Positions 9,400 to 19,089 of a stretch of 64,000 nucleotides of DNA are shown one piece after another. Numbering within the stretch: the first letter of the stretch is position 1; each line of letters starts with the position of its first letter. Source of the stretch: an uncultured virus (IMG/VR IMGVR_UViG_3300037358_000205) (lineage: Duplodnaviria; Heunggongvirae; Uroviricota; Caudoviricetes); the IMG/VR virus record IMGVR_UViG_3300037358_000205. One strand, written 5' to 3'. A program made the position numbers and the translations under genes. Below the pieces are notes generated by a model, which saw nothing but the letters and a program-made list of their open reading frames with translations, had not been told where the DNA came from and ran no database searches.

Positions 9400-9703
9400 C
9401 TAGACGAAGCGGTGCTTGGTCCAGACGGCGGTTTCGCGTTTCGGGTTGATGAGTTGGATGGGATAGGCGGAGTCGCGTTGCTTGAGGACTACGCCTTCGA
9501 TGAAGGAGTTGAGGCCGGTGGTTCCATGAGCATGACTTTATTGAGGTTCGGCATGAGCGGTTTTTGGGGCGGCTTGCCCGCGACGTGGTTTGCGCCACGC
9601 CCTTTCCCGCTCTGCGACGCGATGCGCGTTTGGCAGGACGCCCAAGACCTCAACAAGCGCCTTGGGGAACCTCACCCGCGACCCCGAAGTACGTTACACC
9701 CCC
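9400..9703. pseudogene. Interleaved fragments of ssb and an ATP-dependent DNA ligase, split by an inversion
   Basis: Minus 9554-9525 MPNLNKVMLM; plus 9665-9703 GNLTRDPEVRYTP; plus ..WQDAQDLNKRLG ending 9665; minus 9523-9400 TTGLNSFIEGVVLKQRDSAYP..WTKHRFV*. Confidence 0.75.
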
Positions 9704-9792
9704 ACCCGTCCCGGCACTCCCACATCGAGGCGGAAATCCCCGTGTTCGAGGAATCCGCCCATCTGATTGTCTGTTTTGTCGATATTCAATAA

Positions 9793-11580
9793 TTGCTTTC
9801 GCTGGCGATTCGTGGCATTGCGAGCCTCGTGATCGAGATTGAGCAGAAGTGGATGGAGCAATTCTTCTTCGATCCCGTCATGGCCGCATACGTGCTGATG
9901 GGTGCGAAGCTGGACGTGTTCCAGCAGGCTCGTTTGCGGTTTTACTGGTTCTGCCCCGAAGTGATCGACAGCAGCGGCGTCGGCACGGGCAAGACGGAAG
10001 TTCAATTCGTGTACCTCATGCTCCGGTGCATGTTGATGCCGGGACACCTGGCCGCGATCTACTTCCCCAACTTCCAGACCGGAAAAGATACGTTTTGGGT
10101 GAAGTTCGCGGATTACGAGGAGCGAAGCCCGGTCTTTGCCGCGCAATTCCGCAAGGGTCAGAAGGCGGATGAGGAGAAAGCCAATCAACGAAATCCCGGC
10201 GCGTGGATTCGGACCTTCAAGAACGCCTCGAAACTGTTCATGCCAGCCCCCGACTTCAAGGGCGACTCGAAGAATCAGGCATCGCGCGACTTCAACACGG
10301 TTGTCATTGACGAGTACCTTCGCGCAGCGGATCAGGGCGAGGGCATTGACAAGCAGATCGTGGATCGTGCCCGTCGCAAGTGCTTCAACAAGCTGCACCC
10401 GGTTTGGTGCAACCACGTCAAATTCCTCGGACACGCGGAGAGTCCGCAGCACAAGGAATATCAGCGGCTCAAGGCGTTCAAGGGAGCGATACGGGACGGG
10501 AGTTCGCGGCACGCGCTGATTACCTTCTCCTACCGCGATTGGAGCGAGGAGCTTGCGAGGATGTACCGGGAAGACAACCTGATTGCCTCGCAGAAGCGGA
10601 AGATGACGCGGGACGCCTTTCGTCGGCAATATCTCGGCATCTGGACGATTGACGGCACGAACTACTACCACCCGCATACCATTGCGCTGTGCCGGAGGCC
10701 GGGGATTATTCCGCAGACGCGGCGGCGGCATCCGAATGAAATCTTCGTGCTGGGGCAGGACGTTGCGGAGCCGGGAAGCAAGCACGCGGATTGGTGCGCG
10801 TGGTTCGTCAATCGCATCGTCGAAGTGTCCAGGCGGGACCAAGCGACGATGGAGATGGAGGGGATGTATTACCATGTGGCGGCGGTGTTCGCGCACCAAT
10901 TGCGCAACCGGGACGCGGGGCAGATTGCGGCGCTGACGCACTGGCTCAACATCAAGTACGGGTTTTCCGTGATCGTGCTGGACCCCGGAGGCGGTGGCCG
11001 CTGGGTGCTGCCTGAGCTGCGCAAGACCACGCAGGTTATCAACGGCATCGAGCGGCATGTAACCGGCCTGACGACGCGGGATGATCCGATGGGGGCGATT
11101 CTGAAACGCCCGATTGTGAGCTTCTACAAGCGGGGCGGCGACATGGATACCTTCATCGAAGAGGATTGGCGCCGGGGGGATGAGGGCTTTATCGAGCGGA
11201 GCCACCAGCTTTACCTTGATAGCTGGCAGGGGCAGCATCATTTGTGGCCGGCGCGGGAACAAGACAGGGCGCGCGAGCAACTCCTCCAGTTCTCGCGGGA
11301 GCAACGGGTGGCGCAACACTGGATGGATGTCGCGGCGAAGCAAGTCATGGCGATCCGGCTGCTACGGCGTCCCGATGGCTCGAAGCTCACGAGCAAGCGC
11401 GGGTACGGCTTGTTCGAGGCGAAAGTGAAAAAGGATTTGGGGTACTCGAGCCTTTACGCACACATGGGGGTGCAACTCTGGATGCACGACCGGGAGATGG
11501 CCGGGATGGCGGAAGGCGGGGGCTGTTTCGGGGTGACGCCGGACGAGTCGATGATCGACACCGGCGCGATGATGTCGTAG
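9793..11580 (+). CDS. terL: Terminase large subunit
   Basis: GVGTGKT Walker A, VVIDEY Walker B, FRRQYLGIW, LGQDVA RNase H-like nuclease motif; start codon uncertain. Confidence 0.85.
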   Translation: MLSLAIRGIASLVIEIEQKWMEQFFFDPVMAAYVLMGAKLDVFQQARLRFYWFCPEVIDSSGVGTGKTEVQFVYLMLRCMLMPGHLAAIYFPNFQTGKDTFWVKFADYEERSPVFAAQFRKGQKADEEKANQRNPGAWIRTFKNASKLFMPAPDFKGDSKNQASRDFNTVVIDEYLRAADQGEGIDKQIVDRARRKCFNKLHPVWCNHVKFLGHAESPQHKEYQRLKAFKGAIRDGSSRHALITFSYRDWSEELARMYREDNLIASQKRKMTRDAFRRQYLGIWTIDGTNYYHPHTIALCRRPGIIPQTRRRHPNEIFVLGQDVAEPGSKHADWCAWFVNRIVEVSRRDQATMEMEGMYYHVAAVFAHQLRNRDAGQIAALTHWLNIKYGFSVIVLDPGGGGRWVLPELRKTTQVINGIERHVTGLTTRDDPMGAILKRPIVSFYKRGGDMDTFIEEDWRRGDEGFIERSHQLYLDSWQGQHHLWPAREQDRAREQLLQFSREQRVAQHWMDVAAKQVMAIRLLRRPDGSKLTSKRGYGLFEAKVKKDLGYSSLYAHMGVQLWMHDREMAGMAEGGGCFGVTPDESMIDTGAMMS

Positions 11581-11647
11581 CAAAAACGTCACCTTTACAT
11601 TTTAGGCTTGCGGGCGTCCGGACTTTGTGGTGCCAACTCGCCGCGCA

Positions 11648-13183
11648 ATGGCATCCGCACGTCCTCCCCGTAAACCGCGCACAGTCGCGGAGGAGAGCGT
11701 GGACTACGGCTCGGACGCCACGGGGCAGAGTATGGCGATGGTGTCGGAATTGATGACGTCGGCCCGCTCCATGATGCGCTCGCGGGACTTGTTCCAGACC
11801 GATCAGCAGGGAACCTACGGCGACAACGCGATTACGGACATCCGCATTTTCACCAATGCGTGGAAGATGGTGGACCTCAAGACCGTGTTCAAGCGGTGTC
11901 GCGAGCTCGCGTGGAGGAACCAATTCGTTTCGTGGGCGTGCTATTTCAAAAAGTTACTTTTTTTCAACGGTTTTCGGGTAATGGGGGTGGATGAGAAGGT
12001 GGCGGCGAAATACCTGCCGCAATTCCGGCGCATCGCGCGGGACGTGTTTGACGAGTACCTGACAAACGACAACGCGATTGCCGTGTGGATGCAGGCGAAC
12101 ACGAAGGACACAGAGAAGGGGGAGACGCCGGAATTGCCTCCCGTGATGGTAATGAACTGCGAGAATTGCCGGTATGATGACACGTTTGGAATCCCAAGCC
12201 TGACGATTCAATTCTCCGGGGCGCGGAAACTTTCGGCGGACAGGCGTAACCAGCTTGGGCCGCGTTATGCGGACGCGCTTGAAAAGGGCGGGGAAATCAC
12301 GCTGGACGAAGAAGAGGGCGAGTATTACCGCGTGCTCTCGTCGGACAAGCTGGGCAACGGGCTGGGGATGCCGCGGTTGCGGGCGGTGTTCGATTTGCTC
12401 TCCACCCTGGACCTCGCGAACAAGGGGGACTGGAATGCGTTCTGGACCATGAAAGACGTGATCCGCCAGATCAAAAAAGGGCACGCGATTACCACGGGAA
12501 ACCTTGCGGGGATGCCAATGCACTTCCTTAAAAAAGAGGAGATGGCGAAGATTTTGGCGGGCTTGAGCGGGAAGGCGGGCGCCTACGATGTCGTGTCGAA
12601 CTTCGACGTGGAGATTGCGTATCCGACCCTGGAGATTGAACCAAAGTTTCTCGATCCGAAGAAACTTGGCGGCGTGATGGAGCAACTCCTTCAATGGCTT
12701 GGGCCGGTGGGCTTGTTGTTCAAGACGACGCAAGGGCGGGCGCTCGATGACTTGATACCCGTACTCAACGCGGAAATGACGTACCACCGGGCCTTCGTGA
12801 AGGATCTGTTGGAGGAGATTTTCAATGATCCCGCTTTTATCTCGCCGGGTGGCGATGAGGACGTGCCTGGGAAAGCGGATGGCGTTGCGTCTCCGAGAAT
12901 CACGGTTGAGTTCAATGAATTAACGCTGGTGACGTTCAAGAACCTCCTGGCCTACGCGACCATGATTCTGACGAACGGCATTGCGAGCCCACAAACGACG
13001 CGCCGGATCATGAGTCTGAACGAGGACGAGGAGAACGCGCTCATGAAGAAGGCGGCGGCGAACAAGGCACTTTACACGCCAGTTTTCGAGGCGAAACAGG
13101 GCCTTCTTCAACAGCCCGCCGACCCGGATGCGCCAGAGCCTTCCGACAATGGCGGCGGCAAGCCGGTAGTGAACCAGAACTAA
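11648..13183 (+). CDS. Portal protein
   Basis: Directly after terL, about 510 aa, GLGMPRL motif and C-terminal GIASPQT..R pattern typical of portals. Confidence 0.7.
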   Translation: MASARPPRKPRTVAEESVDYGSDATGQSMAMVSELMTSARSMMRSRDLFQTDQQGTYGDNAITDIRIFTNAWKMVDLKTVFKRCRELAWRNQFVSWACYFKKLLFFNGFRVMGVDEKVAAKYLPQFRRIARDVFDEYLTNDNAIAVWMQANTKDTEKGETPELPPVMVMNCENCRYDDTFGIPSLTIQFSGARKLSADRRNQLGPRYADALEKGGEITLDEEEGEYYRVLSSDKLGNGLGMPRLRAVFDLLSTLDLANKGDWNAFWTMKDVIRQIKKGHAITTGNLAGMPMHFLKKEEMAKILAGLSGKAGAYDVVSNFDVEIAYPTLEIEPKFLDPKKLGGVMEQLLQWLGPVGLLFKTTQGRALDDLIPVLNAEMTYHRAFVKDLLEEIFNDPAFISPGGDEDVPGKADGVASPRITVEFNELTLVTFKNLLAYATMILTNGIASPQTTRRIMSLNEDEENALMKKAAANKALYTPVFEAKQGLLQQPADPDAPEPSDNGGGKPVVNQN

Positions 13184-13187
13184 TTTT

Positions 13188-15617
13188 ATGGCTATCTCCA
13201 CGTTCGACCAAATCCAACTGCAAAACGGGGCGCTTTCCACGGCACCTAACACCGATCCGACAGCCTTTGTGCGGAATCTGGAGTTTGGCGATGCGATTGA
13301 TCCGCTTGAGGCGACATCGCACGCGGCGGCGACAATCACGAGTCCGGACGCAACATTGGAGGTAGGCGGGGCTGGGCAGGCGTTCACGCTGGACGTGAAC
13401 CTTTCGGCTACGCCGGGGGCGGGACAGGGCTTGCTTGTTGCGACTGAGGAGGGATTGGTGGCGCAACTTGGGACAGGGGCGAATGCGGCGGCGGCTGGGA
13501 ACCACACTCACCCGGCTGTAACGGAATCGGTGGTTGGCTTCATGGCGGTTGCGGACAAGGTGAAGCTGGATGGGGTTGCGGCCGGCGCGACGAATGTGGA
13601 GCTGGCCGGGAGCGGAACGGCGGCGACTGCCTCGCATAGCGACCACACGCACGGAGAAGCGACGGAATCGGTGGACGGGTTTATGGCCGCTGGGGACAAG
13701 GCAAAGCTGGATTTGCTTTGGCTTGATGATGGCGCATACGCGCCCCTGGCTTCCCCTGTGTTCACCGGGACGCCCGAAGCGCCGACTGCCGCGCCGGGAA
13801 ATAACTCGGCGCTGCTTGCGACAACCGCCTTTGTCGCGGCGGGCTTGACGGCGGCGATTGCGAGCGTCGTTGGCGGCGCGCCGGGCGCGCTGGAGACGCT
13901 CAAAGAGCTTGCGGATGCGCTTGGGGATAACGCGGATTACGCGGCCTCGATCACCAATGCGCTCGCGCTCAAAGCGTCCACGGCGAGCGTGACGGCGGCA
14001 GTAGCGGCGGCGGTAGAGCCGCTTGCGCCTGTTGCCTCGCCCGCATTCACCGGGACGCCCACGGCTCCGACGCCTGCCGGTGGTGACAACTCGACGAAGT
14101 TGGCGACGACAGCCTTTGTGGGGGCGGTGGCTGCGGCGCTTGCCCCGCTTGCCTCGCCCGCGCTGACTGGGACGCCTACGGCTCCGACGCCTGCTGAGGG
14201 GGACAATTCGACGAACCTGGCGACAACAGCATTCGTCCAGGAGGCCGTTGCGCCACTTGCGCCGCTTGCTTCGCCCGCGTTAACGGGCACACCAACGGCA
14301 CCGACGCCTGCGGAGGGAGACAACTCGACGAACCTGGCGACGACAGAATTTGTGCAGGGGGCCATTCCACCCGTGGCTTCGGAAGCTGACGCTCAGGCCG
14401 GTACGGATAACGCCAAGATGATGACGGCCCTTGCTGTTGCGGAAGCCATCGCCGCCCTCGCTCCGCGTGTGGCAAACTGGACTTCACCTAACCGTCTGAT
14501 CGACGCACACGCGGGATGGAAGCTGGGCGACATTGTTTACGATGAGGGGTTGGGCGGACAGCAAGTTGCCACTATTACGGTCAATTCAGGTTTCCCGGGG
14601 GACGGGAACGACCACGATATTGAGTTCTACTTCTACGACACGGATCAGGCTGGATCATCGTTTGCGAGCGGCAGCTTGTACTACTCAGCCCTAAGTTCGG
14701 ACGTGGATCAGAACCAGCTTGCCTCAGACCTTGCCAACGCCATCAGTTCGAATATCTGGTTTGTCACGGCTTCTGCAACCGGCAATGTGGTCACGATTAC
14801 TTGGAACAATGCCGGTACGTTCAACAACGTGGGGGGTACATCTTACTACTTCTACAGCGAGAATGAGGGCTGGGGATACCCGGCTGAAATCAATGACACC
14901 GTAGTAATTCCCGGCACCGCGCCGTCCGTCTCCGGCCTGTATGAGGTTGTGGACATGGGCAACTTGGGCAACCCGAACGGGTACGCCGTTCTGCTCAGCG
15001 CCATCCCCACTCCGGACCTTTCCAATCCGGGTCCGATAGGCGCAGCTACTCCGAGCACTGGTAACTTTACAAGTTTGACCGTAGGGACCAGCGGTTATGG
15101 CGTCCAGTCCTTGACCGTGGACGGTGGAGTAGTGGGGTTTACTTCTTCAGGAGCAGATTTTTCAGTCTTAAATTTTAACGCTACAGGATATGGAGCGTCA
15201 GCTTATCCGACCTGGGAAATTGGTATGTATGGAAATGGGGTCGCTGGGACTCGTGGAACTCTTGGAGTTTCGCGAGTCGGATCAGGAACATGGCCGATCA
15301 GGATTGACCCTTCCGATAACCTGTTTCTCGGAAATGGGGCTACCGCATTCCAATCCCTCTTATCCGCTGTCATGACTTTCGGCTGTCCCAGCATCGCCGC
15401 GAACGGCGGGACGCAGACAACCACCATGAGCGTCAGCGGGGCTATCACCTCCTCCACTGTAATTGTCACTCCGATTAGCGGCAACCTGCCTGCGGGAGTG
15501 CTCGTGACTGGCCGCGTGACTGCCGCCAACACCGTGACGCTGACGTTTACGAACGTCACCACGGGAGCCATCACCCCACCTTCTCTTCAATACCGAGCAT
15601 CTGTCTTCAACTTCTAA
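13188..15617 (+). CDS. Tail/head fibre protein with phage fibre repeats
   Basis: Four APLASP(A/V)(F/L)TGTPTAPT..GDNST.LATT.FV repeats, GGAPGALETLKELADALG, GFM...DK.KLD motifs. Confidence 0.85.
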   Translation: MAISTFDQIQLQNGALSTAPNTDPTAFVRNLEFGDAIDPLEATSHAAATITSPDATLEVGGAGQAFTLDVNLSATPGAGQGLLVATEEGLVAQLGTGANAAAAGNHTHPAVTESVVGFMAVADKVKLDGVAAGATNVELAGSGTAATASHSDHTHGEATESVDGFMAAGDKAKLDLLWLDDGAYAPLASPVFTGTPEAPTAAPGNNSALLATTAFVAAGLTAAIASVVGGAPGALETLKELADALGDNADYAASITNALALKASTASVTAAVAAAVEPLAPVASPAFTGTPTAPTPAGGDNSTKLATTAFVGAVAAALAPLASPALTGTPTAPTPAEGDNSTNLATTAFVQEAVAPLAPLASPALTGTPTAPTPAEGDNSTNLATTEFVQGAIPPVASEADAQAGTDNAKMMTALAVAEAIAALAPRVANWTSPNRLIDAHAGWKLGDIVYDEGLGGQQVATITVNSGFPGDGNDHDIEFYFYDTDQAGSSFASGSLYYSALSSDVDQNQLASDLANAISSNIWFVTASATGNVVTITWNNAGTFNNVGGTSYYFYSENEGWGYPAEINDTVVIPGTAPSVSGLYEVVDMGNLGNPNGYAVLLSAIPTPDLSNPGPIGAATPSTGNFTSLTVGTSGYGVQSLTVDGGVVGFTSSGADFSVLNFNATGYGASAYPTWEIGMYGNGVAGTRGTLGVSRVGSGTWPIRIDPSDNLFLGNGATAFQSLLSAVMTFGCPSIAANGGTQTTTMSVSGAITSSTVIVTPISGNLPAGVLVTGRVTAANTVTLTFTNVTTGAITPPSLQYRASVFNF
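13740..14353 (+). repeat. Intragenic fibre repeats (4 copies, last three in tandem)
   Basis: Repeated gcc(t/c)cgcccgc..accgggacgcc..gacaa(c/t)tcgacgaa units. Confidence 0.85.
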
Positions 15618-15628
15618 AAACACACACT

Positions 15629-16039
15629 ATGGCAAACATCGTCATTAACTCACCCACCTCTATCGTTGTTGACGGAGTGGATAATGGTGCGGTCGCAGAC
15701 TGCATCGCAAACAACCCCGCCATCGCCAGCGATGTGCAAAATGCACTCGTGGCTTTTGTCGCCACCAAGGATGCCGCAACGCAAGCGGTAGTGGACGATT
15801 ACAACGGATACAAGGGAGTGGCCCAGAATGCGCTGAATGTGGCAGGCGCGGCCCTTAACAATGGGTCCCTGAATCCGCAGCAGCAGCTCGCCGCGGTGCA
15901 GGCCGCATTCAAGATTGCCACCACCCCTGCGACGGAAGCCAGGCGGGTGCAGTTGCAAGTGCTGCTTGCCCAGACGCAGGCACAACTTAACGCACTGCCG
16001 CCTCCACCGGCTCCTCCGTCCAATTCGTCCGGCGATTAG
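15629..16039 (+). CDS. Hypothetical virion/fibre-associated protein
   Basis: 136-aa ORF directly after the fibre gene. Confidence 0.6.
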   Translation: MANIVINSPTSIVVDGVDNGAVADCIANNPAIASDVQNALVAFVATKDAATQAVVDDYNGYKGVAQNALNVAGAALNNGSLNPQQQLAAVQAAFKIATTPATEARRVQLQVLLAQTQAQLNALPPPPAPPSNSSGD

Positions 16040-16054
16040 GTTCGCCATAATAAC

Positions 16055-16462
16055 ATGACCATGCTCGCTGTTATTCATTGGGAAGAATGGGTGCCGGGGG
16101 GCCTGTGGGCAGCCGGCATCGTGCTGGGAGGATTCTTCCTGTTCCTCCTCGATAAGCGGTATGCGAAGCTGAAAGACCTCGAACGGGTGGGTATTGCCGC
16201 GATGGCCGAAGCGAAACGCGTGGAAACTGCGGCTATAACCGAAGCGAAACGCGTGGAAACTGCGGCGATAGCCGAAGCAAAACGCGTGGAAGAGGCGAGT
16301 AAGGATTGGTTCAAGGAGAGCGCCAAGAACATTGGCTTGCTCCAGGCGAGCGAGGCCAAGAGGGACAGGGACAGCGACGTAGTGAAGGATAAGCTGGCGA
16401 CCATCGACGGGAAGCTCTCCATCCTGATTCCGTTGATGGAAAAGCGCATTCTCGAAAAGTAA
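16055..16462 (+). CDS. Membrane protein with coiled coil (holin- or i-spanin-like)
   Basis: One N-terminal TM segment and about 3 AEAKRVETAAI repeats (33-bp tandem unit at about 16205-16293). Confidence 0.55.
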   Translation: MTMLAVIHWEEWVPGGLWAAGIVLGGFFLFLLDKRYAKLKDLERVGIAAMAEAKRVETAAITEAKRVETAAIAEAKRVEEASKDWFKESAKNIGLLQASEAKRDRDSDVVKDKLATIDGKLSILIPLMEKRILEK

Positions 16463-16469
16463 CTTTTCT

Positions 16470-16733
16470 ATGATTACACCAGATCAATTTACATCGGTTG
16501 GGACGGCGTGGATCGACGCCTTTGCGGTCGTCGTGGGCCACTTCATCTCGCAGACGGGGATGATCGTCGCGGCGGTTTACGGACTGGTCAAGGCGGTGCA
16601 GACGGGAGCGGCGTCCTTGAAGGGGATGCAAGCGCAGCAGGACGCGCAAGGGGCGAGGATCGAGGCGATGGAGAAGCTGCAATCGCAGGCCGCGCCCGCG
16701 TCGGAGCCGTCCGTCGAAGTGCTTCACGCGTGA
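16470..16733 (+). CDS. Small membrane protein (holin-like)
   Basis: Hydrophobic N-half, lysis-type context. Confidence 0.5.
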   Translation: MITPDQFTSVGTAWIDAFAVVVGHFISQTGMIVAAVYGLVKAVQTGAASLKGMQAQQDAQGARIEAMEKLQSQAAPASEPSVEVLHA

Positions 16734-16796
16734 AGCGGAAAAAAGCCGATTATGTCACATTGACAAAATAGCGTCGTCGGAATAACAGGGAGGCTG

Positions 16797-17162
16797 ATGA
16801 AACTCCTCCGTCTCTCAGCGGTCCTTGTGACCGCCGCGCTATTCGCGCTCCTACCGGCCTGCTCCTCAGTCGAGCAAGCCGCATTCGACAACTGGTTCAG
16901 CAGTCCAGCCGTCCAAACTGAAATCGGGGATATGACGCAATTCGCGTTCGTCCTGCTCAACGGCTACCTCGAATCGGTCGATGGATCGACTGCGGTAAAA
17001 ACCAGCGTCACGGCAACCCCCAACTTCTCGGGTTGCGAGACCGCGGTTATCGCGGCGGTGCAGAAGCAATTCAAGCTCAACACGCGCGAGGCGACCTACG
17101 TGGTCAAGCAGGCGGAAGCGCGGATCGTGGCCAAGGCCGCTTTGAAAGGGGTGCGCAAGTGA
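16797..17162 (+). CDS. Lipoprotein (o-spanin-like candidate)
   Basis: Signal peptide ending in lipobox LPAC. Confidence 0.6.
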   Translation: MKLLRLSAVLVTAALFALLPACSSVEQAAFDNWFSSPAVQTEIGDMTQFAFVLLNGYLESVDGSTAVKTSVTATPNFSGCETAVIAAVQKQFKLNTREATYVVKQAEARIVAKAALKGVRK

Positions 17163-17977
17163 GGATCAATCCCGATTTCGAATTGTGCGAGCTTGAGAAA
17201 AGCGGGGGCAACCGCGTCGATAACAGTGGGATGAAGCTGGGCGCCAGCTTGGATCGCTTTGGGCTTGTGGATGGCCAGCCCGGCATCCATTGCCTCGCGC
17301 GATACCTCGATTCCACGCTCCCGGCCCCTCCCAAGGTTGTCTCATGGTCCTCGCTCGTGTCGCCTGACGCGTGGGGGATGCTGTTGAATGACAGCTTGGG
17401 GGATTGCACCATCGCGGGCGCACTCCATCTCAATCAGTCGTGGGCGACATCGGCGGGCGGCGTCTTCACTCCGACCAATCAGATGGCGCTTGAAGGGTAT
17501 GAGCGGATTGACGGCTATGTGCCGGGAAAACCGAGCACCGACCAGGGCGGCGACATGGTAAACGTGTTGAACCACTGGAAGTCTCAGGGAATCGGCGGTC
17601 GCAAGATCCTCGGGTTCGTGTCGGTGGACCACCGCAACGATACCGAAGTGCGGCAAGCCATCGCCTTGTTTGGAGGCGTCTATGCCGCTGTCTCGCTGCC
17701 TGTGAGCGCGCAGAGACAGAAGACGTGGTGGAACGCGAGCCCGGATGATGGCGGCGTGTGGGGAGGGCATTGTGTGCCCGTCCTTGATTACGACGACACC
17801 AGGAACACGCTGGAATGCGTGACGTGGGGCGCGATGAAGACCATGACGCGCTCATTCTTCCGGCGTTACTTCGTCGGATGCTTCGCTGTGGTATCCCGGG
17901 ACTTCATCAAGGCCGGTGGCGAAGCGCCCTCGGGCCTCGATCTTGCGCAACTCCTGGCCGATCTCGCGGAGGTCTAA
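17159..17977 (+). CDS. Papain-like cysteine peptidase
   Basis: LNDSLGDCTIAG (Cys), GGHCV..DYD (His), CVTWG motifs. Confidence 0.7.
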   Translation: MRINPDFELCELEKSGGNRVDNSGMKLGASLDRFGLVDGQPGIHCLARYLDSTLPAPPKVVSWSSLVSPDAWGMLLNDSLGDCTIAGALHLNQSWATSAGGVFTPTNQMALEGYERIDGYVPGKPSTDQGGDMVNVLNHWKSQGIGGRKILGFVSVDHRNDTEVRQAIALFGGVYAAVSLPVSAQRQKTWWNASPDDGGVWGGHCVPVLDYDDTRNTLECVTWGAMKTMTRSFFRRYFVGCFAVVSRDFIKAGGEAPSGLDLAQLLADLAEV

Positions 17978-18006
17978 CCGCAACCAACCAACGCAAGAAA
18001 ATTCCT

Positions 18007-19089
18007 ATGGTTGAACATCCTTCGCACGCGCCTTTTAGCGTTCCCGCTATCAAGGCGTTCCCTGACCGCCTCCATGTGGTGACGGTCCTCTTTAACCCGT
18101 TGCGGTATCGGGCACGATACCGCAACTACCGGGCGTTCCAAAAGCACGTCGAGGACTCGGGGGCTGTGCTGCACACCGTCGAGGCGGCGTTCGGCGGGCG
18201 CGAGTTTGAAGTCACCGAAGCGGGGAATCCGCTGCATTTGCAAGTGCGAACCGGCGACGAGTTGTGGTTGAAGGAGAGTCTCCTCAATCTCGGCATTTCG
18301 CGTCTCGGACCGGAGGCCCGTTACATCGCCATTGTGGATGCGGATATCGCCTTCCAGAAACCGCATTGGGCACAGGAGACGTTGCAGGTTTTGCAGCATC
18401 ATCCGGTGGCCCAGATGTTCTCCGCGATCACGTATCTCAACCCCGAAGATGAGCCGCTGCATACCATGGAGTCGTTTGCAGAACGTTGGATCAATGGCAA
18501 CCCTATCCGCGTCGGTGATGCGGTCATCCAGAAGGATGTGTTCCACGGTCGTCGCCGGGGCAACGCGGTCGTTGCGTCCTCCTACGACCAGGGAACGATG
18601 CAGGCGATTCTAAAGAACGCCTGGGGTCAACCGGGGGGCGCATGGGCCTTCCGGCGCGAGGCGCTCGATCAGGTGGGTGGCCTGATGGATTACTGCATCC
18701 TTGGGAGCGCGGACAGCCTGATGGCGTTCGGCATCCTCGGCAAAGTACGGGAGTACATCGCCCGCGATGGATACTCGGGGGGTTACGTCAATGAGTTGCT
18801 TGCGTGGGAGGAGCGTGCGGTGGGCGCTTTCCGGCGCAACATCGGCGTTGTTCGCGGTGGGGTAACGCACTACTGGCACGGCCCGATGAAGGATCGCCGC
18901 TATGGGGAGCGAAACCGAATCCTGCGAGAGACCGCCTTTGATCCTCGCCGGGACTTGAAGCGGGACACGCAAGGGCTGTGGCGCCTGCATGATGACGGCT
19001 CCGAGCGATTCGTTAAACTTCGCGACGATCTGCGGAGTTACTTCGCGGGGCGCAACGAGGACAGCATCGAATGCGGGAGGCTGTCATGA
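18007..19089 (+). CDS. GT-A fold glycosyltransferase-like protein
   Basis: LWLKESLLNLGI, IVDADI (DxD), PGGAWAFRRE...GGL, ILGSAD, HYWHG. Confidence 0.65.
   Translation: MVEHPSHAPFSVPAIKAFPDRLHVVTVLFNPLRYRARYRNYRAFQKHVEDSGAVLHTVEAAFGGREFEVTEAGNPLHLQVRTGDELWLKESLLNLGISRLGPEARYIAIVDADIAFQKPHWAQETLQVLQHHPVAQMFSAITYLNPEDEPLHTMESFAERWINGNPIRVGDAVIQKDVFHGRRRGNAVVASSYDQGTMQAILKNAWGQPGGAWAFRREALDQVGGLMDYCILGSADSLMAFGILGKVREYIARDGYSGGYVNELLAWEERAVGAFRRNIGVVRGGVTHYWHGPMKDRRYGERNRILRETAFDPRRDLKRDTQGLWRLHDDGSERFVKLRDDLRSYFAGRNEDSIECGRLS

Noticed and set aside
9694..11343. Long antisense ORFs (also 19565-21292, 23564-24886, 32228-33487, 59857-61350)
   Set aside because: They mirror well-supported genes on the other strand, an expected effect of GC-rich codon usage; no recognisable motifs
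13188..16039. Diversity-generating retroelement acting on the fibre
   Set aside because: No reverse transcriptase and no template/variable repeat pair with adenine-specific differences seen
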